DNA of 26,213 bases, from contig CAZAPD010000121.1 of assembly GCA_964487115.1 (NCBI GenBank), positions 1 through 26,213 of the forward strand. Direction: 5' to 3'. The notes under the pieces are model-generated. The model had not been told where the DNA came from. It made no database searches and worked only from the letters and a program-made list of their open reading frames with translations. This document shows, piece by piece, positions 17,289 through 26,213 of this stretch. Source of the stretch: an uncultured Thermococci archaeon (GTDB lineage Archaea; Methanobacteriota_B; Thermococci; Thermococcales; Thermococcaceae). Made by a program: the position numbers and the translations under genes. How positions within the stretch are numbered: position 1 is the stretch's first letter; each line of letters begins with the position of its first letter.

Positions 17289-18137
17289 ATGAGAATAATA
17301 GACTTCCTGATAAAACCACTTCAAGAAAGAAGACCCGGGAGAGGACTTTTGATTTTTGGTGTGGTCATTGTTCTGGCGGTTGTGCTTATGGCCATACTCG
17401 CTCCGTTCATTTCTCCGTACAATCCGACCGAGATAGGCACGGATATATTTGCTCCCCCCAGCATGAAGCACTTAATGGGGACTAATAATCTCGGACAGGA
17501 TATGTTCTCCAGAATAATCTGGGGTTCCCGTATAATACTCTATGTTGTCGCAGTTGCAACAACGCTATCTATAGCTATTGGAGTCCCGCTTGGCCTTTTA
17601 TCGGGTTACTATGGAGGAAAAACCGACAGAATTTTGAGCATGATAATGGACAGCATATACTCCTTTCCATCGCTCATACTTGCTATAGTTATTGCGGTGG
17701 TTCTTGGACCGAGCCCTATAAACACCGCTATAGCCATAAGCTTTGTTTATGTGCCAACCTATTTCAGAATGGTACGTGGTCAGACTCTCAGCCTTAAAGG
17801 ACACCTTTTTGTTGAGGCTGCTAAAGCCATCGGAAGCGGAAGCGGCGAAATAATGCGCAAATACATACTGCCCAACGTCCTCCCCACGATTTTGGTAGTC
17901 TTCACACTGAGTGTTGCTGATGCAATTTTAACTGAAGCCGGTCTGAGTTTCTTAGGACTGTCGGTAACTCCACCAACACCAGATTGGGGATACGACTTGC
18001 ACGTAGGCCAGCCTTTCCTGCTGGATGGATACTGGTGGCTGGCATTCTTCCCGGGAATAATGATAATGCTACTTGCCATGGGATTTGCCATGATAGGCGA
18101 GGCTATAAACGAGAGATTTTCACTTGGGACGAGGTGA
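17289..18137 (+). CDS. Peptide ABC transporter permease (DppC/OppC-like)
   Basis: HLMGTNNLGQDMFSRIIWG, FVEAAKAIG, EAGLSFLGL and PDWG motifs. Confidence 0.93.
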   Translation: MRIIDFLIKPLQERRPGRGLLIFGVVIVLAVVLMAILAPFISPYNPTEIGTDIFAPPSMKHLMGTNNLGQDMFSRIIWGSRIILYVVAVATTLSIAIGVPLGLLSGYYGGKTDRILSMIMDSIYSFPSLILAIVIAVVLGPSPINTAIAISFVYVPTYFRMVRGQTLSLKGHLFVEAAKAIGSGSGEIMRKYILPNVLPTILVVFTLSVADAILTEAGLSFLGLSVTPPTPDWGYDLHVGQPFLLDGYWWLAFFPGIMIMLLAMGFAMIGEAINERFSLGTR

Positions 18138-18142
18138 TGAAA

Positions 18143-19117
18143 ATGTTGCTGGAGGTTAAGGATCTTAGTGTTTACTACTACACCCTGGCAGGAGTCGTCA
18201 AAGGGGCTGAAAATGTTTCATTTAGCATAAAAGAAGGAGAATGGATAACCTTCGTTGGAGAGAGTGGAAGCGGAAAATCAACGGTAGCTCATGCAGTGAT
18301 TAACCTCGTCCCCTCCCCTGGTAGAATAGTCTCTGGAGAAGTCATATTTAAAGGAAGGAATTTGCTGAGCATGAAGCCTGAGGAGCTGAGGCAGATAAGA
18401 GGAAAGGAAATCAGCATGGTATTTCAGGATCCCATGACAAGTTTAGATCCCTTAAGAAAGGTAGGTGATCAGATTATTGAGGCTATGACAGTGCATGGTG
18501 TTGAAGAGGAGGAGGCGAGGGAAAGAGCCAAAGAACTCTTGGGAAAAGTGAATCTTCCAGAAGATAGACTCGAATACTATCCTCATCAGCTCTCTGGAGG
18601 TCAGAGGCAGAGAATAAGCATAGCAATAGCGATGGCATTCAATCCAAAGCTCCTGATAGCGGATGAACCCACAACAGCCCTCGATGTTATAGTTCAGGAT
18701 TCCATAATGGATCTGATAGAAAAGATGAAGGCTGCTGGAACAAGTATCTACTTTGTAACCCACGATATTTCTTTAGCGGCTGAGAGAAGCGATAAAATTG
18801 CCGTTATGTATGCAGGGAAACTTGTCGAGTTCGGCACAGTTGACCAGATTATAGACAATCCCCTTCACCCATATACCAGAGCACTTGTTGAAAGTGTCCC
18901 CGATCTCTGGAGTGAGAAAGCTGTTAAAGCCATTCCGGGCTATCCTCCTGATCTGAGAAACCCGCCGGCAGGATGCAGATTTCACCCAAGATGTCCTGTT
19001 TTCAGAGAAAAAGGTTATCTGAAAGGCAGATGTGACAGTGTAGAACCTGCGATGATAGAATACGAGAAAGGTCATTTCGTGGCGTGTCATGCCTACGGAG
19101 GTGCTTCAGATGAGTGA
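18143..19117 (+). CDS. Peptide ABC transporter ATP-binding protein (DppD/OppD-like)
   Basis: [27 protein letters not shown] and C-terminal GCRFHPRC...C...ACH. ATG 18143 follows GAGGTGA. Confidence 0.93.
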   Translation: MLLEVKDLSVYYYTLAGVVKGAENVSFSIKEGEWITFVGESGSGKSTVAHAVINLVPSPGRIVSGEVIFKGRNLLSMKPEELRQIRGKEISMVFQDPMTSLDPLRKVGDQIIEAMTVHGVEEEEARERAKELLGKVNLPEDRLEYYPHQLSGGQRQRISIAIAMAFNPKLLIADEPTTALDVIVQDSIMDLIEKMKAAGTSIYFVTHDISLAAERSDKIAVMYAGKLVEFGTVDQIIDNPLHPYTRALVESVPDLWSEKAVKAIPGYPPDLRNPPAGCRFHPRCPVFREKGYLKGRCDSVEPAMIEYEKGHFVACHAYGGASDE

Positions 19118-20111
19118 GACGATTCTCAAAGTCGAAAACCTCAGGAAATACTTCCCCGTTAAAAGGAGTGTCATAGAGATTCTCAAAAAAGAACCTCCAA
19201 AATTTGTGAAGGCCGTTGATGGAATAAGCTTTGAGATAGAAAAAGGTGAAACTCTTGCCCTAATTGGAGAGAGCGGATGTGGCAAAACAACGGCTGGACG
19301 GGTTATACTCAGACTGATTGAGCCTACAGATGGAAAGATAATTTTTGACGGTGTCGATATAACCAAACTCAGTCACGATGAGTTGCGACCATTCAAGAGA
19401 AGAATGCAGATAATCTTTCAGGATCCCTATTCAAGTTTAAGTCCAAGAATGAAAATAGGAGATGCTATAGCTCATCCTCTTCTCGTTCACGGATTAGCCA
19501 GCCGGGCTGAAGCAAAGGAAATAGTTCTCAAAATGCTCAGGCGCGTGGGTCTAACTCCAGAGGAGGAATTCTACGAGCGCTATCCGCATCATCTCAGTGG
19601 CGGACAAAGACAGAGAGTTGTTATAGCAAGGGCTATGATACTTAAACCAGAATTCGTGGTTGCTGATGAAGCTGTTTCAATGATAGACGTCTCGATGCGT
19701 GCTTCAATCCTTGATCTCCTTGAGTCTTTCAGAAGGGAATACAATCTCAGCATGCTATTTATAACCCACGACATCGCTGTTGGAAAGCTGATAGCCGACA
19801 GAATTGCTGTTATGTATCTCGGTAAAATTGTGGAAATCGGTCCCACAAAGGAAGTTCTTGAAAATCCGGCACATCCATACACGCTGGCATTGATTCAGGC
19901 AGTTCCTTCCATAGCCAAGCGCAAGGAAAAGAGAAAAACCCTGCACATAACAGGTGAAGTTCCAAATGCTGTCAACCCTCCAAGCGGCTGCAGGTTCCAT
20001 CCCAGATGCCCATTTGCCGATAAACTCTGTAAAACCAAAGAGCCTGAAATGATTGAAATAAGCAACGGTCATTTCGTTGCCTGTCATCACATGCTCAGGA
20101 AAAATGGATAA
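19110..20111 (+). CDS. Peptide ABC transporter ATP-binding protein (DppF/OppF-like)
   Basis: [17 protein letters not shown] and GCRFHPRC...C...ACH. ATG 19110 follows GGAGGTG and overlaps the preceding gene end. Confidence 0.93.
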   Translation: MSETILKVENLRKYFPVKRSVIEILKKEPPKFVKAVDGISFEIEKGETLALIGESGCGKTTAGRVILRLIEPTDGKIIFDGVDITKLSHDELRPFKRRMQIIFQDPYSSLSPRMKIGDAIAHPLLVHGLASRAEAKEIVLKMLRRVGLTPEEEFYERYPHHLSGGQRQRVVIARAMILKPEFVVADEAVSMIDVSMRASILDLLESFRREYNLSMLFITHDIAVGKLIADRIAVMYLGKIVEIGPTKEVLENPAHPYTLALIQAVPSIAKRKEKRKTLHITGEVPNAVNPPSGCRFHPRCPFADKLCKTKEPEMIEISNGHFVACHHMLRKNG

Positions 20112-20305
20112 ACTTCATGAATCTGCCTCAAACTATGGCTTTTATGCTCCAATTTCTTTCTTTAAATTGACTGGTTTTGCTTTTTGTATTACCCCCTCTC
20201 TCCGTATTTGATTGTTTGTATAATATACAATCTTTTGAAAAAGTTTTAGATAAATGCAACTCCTCCATTTATATACCATGACGTGTAGATATTAACAGGT
20301 GAAGT

Positions 20306-21616
20306 ATGTTGAAGACTAATGCTAAGATTTTGTCAGTTCTAATTGCAGGGCTTTTTATATTCATGCCCGCGTCTTCTGTGAGTGCCTCCACAATAACATC
20401 TGTCTATTCTACAGATGTTGCAATTGAGAACAACTTGGGGGCTGATTTAGTGGATTATCAGGTTGCGATAATACTGAACAGCTCCAACTTTGACTTTTCG
20501 AAAGTTAGTGTGAATGGCTCGGATGTTCTGGTTGAGGACATAAAGGGTAATCCTCTTTCCTACTGGATAGAAGAGTGGGATTCAAGCGGAAACAAGGCAA
20601 AAATATGGGTTAGAGTTCCCAAAATTCCTGCCAACAGGGAGGTGGGGATAAGGCTAATCTATGGTGATTCTTCAGTACAAAGCAGAAGCAACGGTGATGA
20701 GGTCTTTGAATTCTTTGATGAGTTCTTATATGTTGATGAAAATGGCACTGCTGTGTATGACCCGAACAAATGGACAGTTCTTTATGGCACGTGGATCGTC
20801 GAAAATGGACAGTTGAGCCCCAGTGGACATTATTCTTCCTTAATCGACTCGATATACACCAAGTCATTCACAATGACGGATGGTATTGTGGAAATGAAGT
20901 TCTCACCACTGGGAACTCGATGTAACTATTGCTATAACGTTGGAACTGGTCTTCTTGTCAGGTACAACACTACCATCAGCAACACATATATGTTCAACGC
21001 TGGCGGTTATGGTTATGCATATGAAATAGCTACATGGACCCAGATTCCCAAACCATACTGGAATCCCTTAAGCACATTCGGGTATTACACCTCTCTTCAG
21101 CACGGCATAAATTATCACTTCAAGTCAACCCTCGTGGGGAGCAACATTCAGTTCGAGGTGCTTGAAGGATCGCTTAGTGGAACCCATCTCGAATTAAATG
21201 ATAGCACAATAACCAGAGGAGCTATAGGCATCATGAGCTGGCAGGAGCCGAGGGTAGACTGGATTTTCGTCAGGAAGTATGTGGAAATTGAGCCTACAGT
21301 CGTGGTTGGCAAAACTGTTCTACAGAAGATTGACACGGGGAGGAGAACCTACCATACATACGCACTGCTTACGATATACTGGTACAACAAATATCAGCAG
21401 ATGCACAGCCAGTATCCAGCTCTCTATAACGAATCCATAAGGAGAGGAGTTTCAAATGAGACACTTCAAGAAAGTATAAGACACCTTCAAATTGCAGAAG
21501 AAAACTTTAAGAAAATAAATCAGATGGATATCATCAGGGGACAGATTTCGATGGTCTCAACGATGAGAAGGGCATACATACATATGAGAACTGCGTTCAA
21601 GCTTCTTGGCGGTTGA
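20306..21616 (+). CDS. Secreted DUF2341-domain protein with central beta-sandwich and pyrolysin-like C-terminal helical domain
   Basis: Signal peptide; DUF2341-type stretch (DYQVAI...GSDVLV...LSYWIEEWD...AKIWVRVPKIPAN...IYGD...SNGDEVFEFFDEF); aromatic beta-rich middle; C-terminus LYNESIRRGVSNETL...RRAYIH resembles the pyrolysin C-terminus. Confidence 0.8.
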   Translation: MLKTNAKILSVLIAGLFIFMPASSVSASTITSVYSTDVAIENNLGADLVDYQVAIILNSSNFDFSKVSVNGSDVLVEDIKGNPLSYWIEEWDSSGNKAKIWVRVPKIPANREVGIRLIYGDSSVQSRSNGDEVFEFFDEFLYVDENGTAVYDPNKWTVLYGTWIVENGQLSPSGHYSSLIDSIYTKSFTMTDGIVEMKFSPLGTRCNYCYNVGTGLLVRYNTTISNTYMFNAGGYGYAYEIATWTQIPKPYWNPLSTFGYYTSLQHGINYHFKSTLVGSNIQFEVLEGSLSGTHLELNDSTITRGAIGIMSWQEPRVDWIFVRKYVEIEPTVVVGKTVLQKIDTGRRTYHTYALLTIYWYNKYQQMHSQYPALYNESIRRGVSNETLQESIRHLQIAEENFKKINQMDIIRGQISMVSTMRRAYIHMRTAFKLLGG

Positions 21617-22078
21617 TTTTCTTATTTTTCTGTCTATTTTGACAATTTCTTCCCACTGTTTTCCGGGCCAGTAAATTTGACCGCAGTTAACACAGACATA
21701 GAACTCGTCATATTTCTCATAAACAGGTGATGGAATTTTGTCCTTAACATCATCCTTAGAAATGGGCTGAATTAACCCGTTACACTTCGGACAACGGGCG
21801 TTTGCAGGGAAGAGTTCAGCAAACTCAAAGCCTTCCTTCCTAAGCTCGTCAATTTGCATCTCAAGCGAATTGGAATTTAAAAGAATTGCTCTGATGCCAA
21901 GCTTTTTAGCTCTTTTTATGAGGTCCTCATCCCGACTCAGCAGAATTCTTCCTTCCTTCATTGCCACCCTGAGTATCTCGTTGTCATCCTCTATCCCGTA
22001 GAGTGTATCGTATCCATAGAGTCGAAGCCACCGGGCAAGTCTTCCAAGCATCATATCAGCTATGATCTTCATTTTCAT
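21557..22078 (-). CDS. Mut7-C RNase domain (PIN-like, DUF82) protein with Zn ribbon
   Basis: IADMMLGRLARWLRLYGYDT, ILLSRD, RCPKCNG and CVNCGQIYWPG motifs. Start at ATG 22078 or 22072. Confidence 0.9.
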   Translation of the reverse strand: MKMKIIADMMLGRLARWLRLYGYDTLYGIEDDNEILRVAMKEGRILLSRDEDLIKRAKKLGIRAILLNSNSLEMQIDELRKEGFEFAELFPANARCPKCNGLIQPISKDDVKDKIPSPVYEKYDEFYVCVNCGQIYWPGKQWEEIVKIDRKIRKSTAKKLERSSHMYVCPSHR

Positions 22079-22146
22079 CTCTACCACAGCTAAATACTTC
22101 AAAAGGCTTATAAGTACTATTTCATGCTCATAAAATAGGTGGTTTG

Positions 22147-22893
22147 ATGATAGCATACTTTATTGGCACCGGGGGGAGTGAAGGAATTCCAGCGCACCTT
22201 TGCACTTGTAAGACGTGCAATGAAGCAAGAAAGCTCGGCTTTGCCCAAAGGTTGCCCTCAACTCTTGCAATAATCACAGAGAATCAGAGAGCAGTTTTGT
22301 TCGACGTCGGAACTGACATAAGAAATTTTCTAAATGTCCCGTTAGAGGCGATTTTTCTTACCCACTGGCATCATGACCACATCTACGGCCTTTACAAGCT
22401 TCGATGGATGGCTTTGGAGACCAGACTCTATGCCCCTCAGGGCCATGCGGATGCACTGATTCTCCAAGATCCCAAAAATTTGAGGCCAACAACTATTGAA
22501 TCAGGACGGACAATAAAAGTTGATTCTCTTAAAATAACGGCTTTAGCTTTGAATCATGAGATAGAAACGCTTGGATATGTGATTGAGGAGAACGGTAAGA
22601 GCATAGCTCTTCTGTATGATACAAAAGGCTTGCCCAAGGAGACCATGAAATTTCTGGAGAGGAGACACCTTAGACTTGCAATAGTTGATGCTACATATCC
22701 ACCCGGAACCGATGATCCCTATCACAACAACGTTGATGAGGGAGCTGAAATTGGATTGAAACTTGCTGAAAGGACTGTTCTTAGCCATATCTCTCACAAA
22801 AATCTGCCGTTTTTAGAGTTAGTGAAATACGTGAGGGACAGATGGAACAACAGGGTCTTGGTAGCTTACGACGGAATGGTGTTCTATGTCTAA
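22147..22893 (+). CDS. MBL-fold metallo-hydrolase, PhnP-like phosphodiesterase
   Basis: GTGGSEGIP, CTCKTC, THWHHDHIYG, SHISH and AYDGM are PhnP family motifs. Confidence 0.88.
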   Translation: MIAYFIGTGGSEGIPAHLCTCKTCNEARKLGFAQRLPSTLAIITENQRAVLFDVGTDIRNFLNVPLEAIFLTHWHHDHIYGLYKLRWMALETRLYAPQGHADALILQDPKNLRPTTIESGRTIKVDSLKITALALNHEIETLGYVIEENGKSIALLYDTKGLPKETMKFLERRHLRLAIVDATYPPGTDDPYHNNVDEGAEIGLKLAERTVLSHISHKNLPFLELVKYVRDRWNNRVLVAYDGMVFYV

Positions 22894-22929
22894 ACATTTA
22901 TCATCCTTTTTCCAAATTCCAACGGCGGT

Positions 22930-23469
22930 ATGATACATATCCTCAACCTTGCAAAAGAAGAAAACCGTTGGGCAGTTTCTCCCTCATAAATCGCCTAAAG
23001 AGGACATAATCAAGGCTATTAAATCTGCCAAAGAGGCATCCTCCGGAATTTGGAAGTCCATCGTCATAGATGACGACTGGCTCAAGAGGAAGACGTGATG
23101 AGATCACAAACCTCCCTGTCCGTGGTGACGGGTTAACTCGTTGAAACTTCGGCTAAGGCGGGAGGAGGTCAGTCACGAACAAAGGGTGATTTAATGATGT
23201 GCCTCAGTGAAAAGGGTTTTAAACCGAAAAAGCCCTTCCTGAACGAGGCGCCGTGCTGATCCAATTGGTGTGGATAGCAGTTGGATATCTCCTGCTCACC
23301 CTCGAAGAGCTTGGTCTTGGAACTGTAGCTTACACACCACCGAATCGAGGCCAAAGCTCCCAGCGACTACAAGCTCCAGACGATTTTACCTGTTGGTTAT
23401 CCTGCTGATCCAAAACCGAAGTATGAGAGGGGAAACTGGAAGATGTGGTGAGTTTTAATGAATTTTTAA
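22930..23469 (+). pseudogene. Nitroreductase-family (FMN) oxidoreductase pseudogene, interrupted by a miniature IS-derived element
   Basis: Fragments in shifting frames: MIHILNLAK / KKKTVGQFLPHKSPKEDIIKAIKSAKEASSGIWKSIVIDDDWLK / SRTKGDLMMCLSEKGFKPKKPFLNEAP / VWIAVGYLLLTLEELGLGTVAYTPPN / KAPSDYKLQTILPVGYPADPKPKYER / LEDVVSFNEF. These correspond to the nitroreductase motifs RxTxR, APSG, LEELGLGT and LPVGYP, with several frameshifts and deletions. Confidence 0.85.
23105..23172 (+). mobile_element. Non-autonomous IS200/IS605-family remnant (PATE/MITE-like, about 68 bp)
   Basis: Non-coding insert between nitroreductase fragments. It has a left hairpin CCTGTC-cgtggt-GACGGG (23115-23132) and ends in GGCGGGAGGAGGTCAG, which resembles archaeal IS605 right ends. 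The gene resumes at 23173. Left boundary approximate. Confidence 0.65.
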
Positions 23470-23584
23470 ACTTGAACTTCCGACAAATGCTTATTGCAAT
23501 TTTATCAAATTTATGTCATTTTGACTGATCTTGATAGGAAAGATTTATCGTTCTTAATGTGAAACTTGAGTTTTAGGTGATGTA

Positions 23585-24745
23585 ATGTTTTCAAGGAGGA
23601 TAGAGGCCGTTAACACCAGCGTGCTGAAACAGGTTTTAGAACTTGTGAAAGGGGGAAATGTGATTTCCTTTGCAGGTGGTGTCCCAAGCCCCGAACTCTT
23701 TCCAATGGACAAGCTGAAGGAGCTATTAAACGAAGCCGCAGATGATCCATTTGCTTTCCAATATGGTTCTGCTATTGGGATGCCAGAGCTAAGGAGTGAG
23801 ATAGCACATTATATGAAAAGGTGGGATGTTAAAACATCATTTAAGGAAATCATGATAACCCATGGTTCCCAACAGGGAATTGATATTATCGGTAGGGCTT
23901 TAATTAATCCCGGGGATGTTCTCATAGTTGAGGCTCCCACATATTTCGTTGCTCTTAATACCTTCCAAGTTTATGAGCCTGTTTTTGAACAGGTATCCCT
24001 TGATGAAGAGGGAGTTGTAATAGAGGAATTTGAAGAGCTGGTGAAGAATATAGAAAACGAAGGGAAGCGAATAAAACTCTTCTACACGATATCGACTTTT
24101 CAGAATCCCACAGGAATTACGATGAGTGAAGAGCGAAGAAAAGCCGTGGCAGAGCTGGCTGAGGAACATGATTTTTTAATTGTGGAAGATGGTCCGTATA
24201 GTGAGTTACGTTACCGAGGAAAAGATATCAGGCCTATAAAGACTTTTGCTCCTGAAAGAACGATTTATTTAGGCACATTTTCCAAGATTTTTGTTCCGGG
24301 CTTTAGAATAGCATGGTTAATTGCTCCCGAAAGCCTTATAGACTATTTTGAAGTTGCCAAGCAGACTGCTGATGTATGCACAAATTCCTTTGGCCAGCAT
24401 GTTGCGTGGCTTTTCATGAAGAAAGGCTACCTTAGGGAACAGGTTGAGAAGCTCAGAAGAGCCTATGGACCAAAAATGGAGACAATGCTCGATGCTATTG
24501 CGGAATTTATGCCTGAAGGAGTTAAGTGGAGCGAGCCAGATGGCGGAATGTTCATCTGGTTAACAACAGGAAAGGACACTGATGCACTTCTCGGTGATGC
24601 TGTTAGCAGAGGTGTAGCATACGTTCCCGGAAGTGCCTTTTATGCCAAAGCTCCTGCCAAAAATCAAATGAGGCTCAACTTTACCCTCGAAAGTGCAGAC
24701 AGGATACAGGAGGGAATCCGGATACTTGCATCCCTTCTCTCCTGA
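23585..24745 (+). CDS. PLP-dependent class I/II aminotransferase (aromatic amino acid/2-aminoadipate type)
   Basis: ISFAGGVP, FQNPTG, EDGPY and GTFSKIFVPGFRIAW (PLP lysine); MRLNF. Confidence 0.93.
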   Translation: MFSRRIEAVNTSVLKQVLELVKGGNVISFAGGVPSPELFPMDKLKELLNEAADDPFAFQYGSAIGMPELRSEIAHYMKRWDVKTSFKEIMITHGSQQGIDIIGRALINPGDVLIVEAPTYFVALNTFQVYEPVFEQVSLDEEGVVIEEFEELVKNIENEGKRIKLFYTISTFQNPTGITMSEERRKAVAELAEEHDFLIVEDGPYSELRYRGKDIRPIKTFAPERTIYLGTFSKIFVPGFRIAWLIAPESLIDYFEVAKQTADVCTNSFGQHVAWLFMKKGYLREQVEKLRRAYGPKMETMLDAIAEFMPEGVKWSEPDGGMFIWLTTGKDTDALLGDAVSRGVAYVPGSAFYAKAPAKNQMRLNFTLESADRIQEGIRILASLLS

Positions 24746-24756
24746 ATCTCTTAAAA

Positions 24757-25206
24757 TTACAATGATATCCTCTCAAGAGCTTTCAGAACATCCATCTGTT
24801 CCTGTGTTTCCACGGCACTGGGTTTTAGTTGTCGAACCTTTGAAAGTGCTTCTCGCAGAGGCAATTTCTGAGAATAGATAAGATATGCTACAGCAATTGT
24901 TCCGCTCCTTCCAGAACCTCCGAGACAGTGGATAAGGACCTTTTTGCCTTCATTGACCTTTTTTTCAATCCATCTCACGATTTCAATTAATTGTTCCAAT
25001 GTTGGAGCTGAGAAGTCATCAATGGGGCTGTAAAATACCTCCACATTCGCATTATTCTTTTTCCACGCTTCAATTTCATAGTAGAGTTCATACTCATAGG
25101 TTAAAACTACAACCGCCTGAAACTGTTTTGAGAGCTCTGGAATATCCTGTGGGTAGGGCATTGGTGAAAAAGCTACTTGGGGTGTTATGAATTTTACATA
25201 TACCAT
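24757..25206 (-). CDS. Protein-tyrosine/dual-specificity phosphatase (Tk-PTP-like)
   Basis: HCLGGSGRSGT (HCx5R) motif, PIDDFSAP general-acid loop and AVETQEQ Q-loop. Confidence 0.92.
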   Translation of the reverse strand: MVYVKFITPQVAFSPMPYPQDIPELSKQFQAVVVLTYEYELYYEIEAWKKNNANVEVFYSPIDDFSAPTLEQLIEIVRWIEKKVNEGKKVLIHCLGGSGRSGTIAVAYLIYSQKLPLREALSKVRQLKPSAVETQEQMDVLKALERISL

Positions 25207-25462
25207 GATCCTCCCCTTTCACTCATTCAACACATCGGGAGATAAATCTTCCCTTAAATTTCATTTTTTAATCTTTAAAATTTACTCAATTTTTAGAAAG
25301 TCATTTTGGATAATTTTTTATCAAAATTGGAAAACTTCTATCCTTTTGTTTAGCAAAAACTATTTATATGATGTATGGATAATACTAATAACAGGAAAGC
25401 TGGATATTTTGTAATATGCATTGTTAAATATAGGGTAGCATGTTTAAAAGGAGGTGATGGAA

Positions 25463-26209
25463 ATGGGGAAAATCCATGCAATGTTTTTCATTGCAGTGCT
25501 ATTCTTGAGTGTTTTTGCAGCTGGATGTATAAGCAGTAACAGTACCGGAACATCTACTACAACCTCTCCAACGGAGACGTCATCTGATACCATTCCGATT
25601 ACAACAGATTCAAACGGAACAGTCTCTGTACAGGACTTGAAGTCTTATGTTGACTCACTTCCAGCGGCGGCATTAACCCCTGAAGAAAAAGAGGGGTTGC
25701 TCTACATGGTGGAGGAGGAGAAGCTCGCTCACGATGTCTACACCAAGCTCTACGAGAAATGGGGGCTTCGGATATTTAGCAATATAGCCAAAAGCGAATC
25801 AACCCATGTAGAAGCCGTCAGGACGTTGCTTAAGAAGTACAACCTCACAGATCCCACAGCAAATGAGAGGATTGGTGAATTTAAGAATTCTCATCTCCAA
25901 GACCTTTACAATCAGCTGATTGAGATGGGTATGAAAAGTGAAATCGATGCCCTGAAAGTTGGGGCATTAATTGAGGAAACTGACATAGAGGACATTCAGA
26001 AATATGTGGATCAAACAAACAAGGTCGACATAATAACGGTTTATGAGAATCTCATGATGGGTTCAAGGAACCATCTGAGATCATTTGTGAGCCAGCTTGA
26101 GAAGAAAGGAGTAACTTATGAGCCCCAAGTCCTGAGTAAGGAGATTTACGAATCCATAATCAACAGCCCCATGGAAACTGGTGGACAAGGAAAAGGTGGA
26201 AAAGGATGA
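25463..26209 (+). CDS. DUF2202 ferritin-like domain lipoprotein
   Basis: Lipobox FAAGC, Thr/Ser linker and di-iron-type motifs EEEKLAHDVY, ESTH, EETDI and GSRNHLRSF. ATG 25463 follows GGAGGTGA. Confidence 0.85.
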   Translation: MGKIHAMFFIAVLFLSVFAAGCISSNSTGTSTTTSPTETSSDTIPITTDSNGTVSVQDLKSYVDSLPAAALTPEEKEGLLYMVEEEKLAHDVYTKLYEKWGLRIFSNIAKSESTHVEAVRTLLKKYNLTDPTANERIGEFKNSHLQDLYNQLIEMGMKSEIDALKVGALIEETDIEDIQKYVDQTNKVDIITVYENLMMGSRNHLRSFVSQLEKKGVTYEPQVLSKEIYESIINSPMETGGQGKGGKG

Positions 26210-26213
26210 AGTT

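Noticed and set aside
21557..22893. Divergent Mut7-C RNase and PhnP-like hydrolase considered as a toxin-antitoxin or defence pair
   Set aside because: Both look like common stand-alone Thermococcales genes; there is no antitoxin-like ORF or operon structure.

Overview
Archaeal chromosomal window, almost certainly Thermococcales and probably Thermococcus (GGAGGTGA/GGTGA ribosome-binding sites, BRE-TATA promoters, oligo-T terminators, Thermococcales-type proteins). It is mostly housekeeping. In order: methylmalonyl-CoA mutase large subunit, ABC-2 exporter pair, beta-CASP-like MBL nuclease, hsp20-cdc48 heat-shock locus with a Phr-type operator, membrane protein plus cofactor-dependent phosphoglycerate mutase (gpmA), JAMM metalloprotease, MobB, Sm-like protein, NSS/SNF transporter, MptE, five-gene Dpp/Opp ABC importer, secreted DUF2341 protein, Mut7-C RNase, PhnP-like MBL hydrolase, class I PLP aminotransferase, PTP/DSP phosphatase and a DUF2202 ferritin-like lipoprotein. 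Reading the DNA directly adds items absent from the ORF track: (i) a frameshifted secreted/membrane protein gene at the left edge with direct repeats around its TATA box; (ii) a 49-aa gene with a perfect RBS; (iii) a decayed nitroreductase pseudogene split by a ~68-bp IS200/IS605-like miniature element; (iv) a high-GC3 tract inside the mutase gene, suggesting recombination; (v) DNA-identical patches between the two AAA modules of cdc48; (vi) a 14-bp motif shared upstream of the transporter and aminotransferase genes. I found no CRISPR array, rRNA or tRNA. I cannot show that a wholly new multi-gene system is present; the best candidates are listed as findings. All family assignments come from motif recognition, not database searches.
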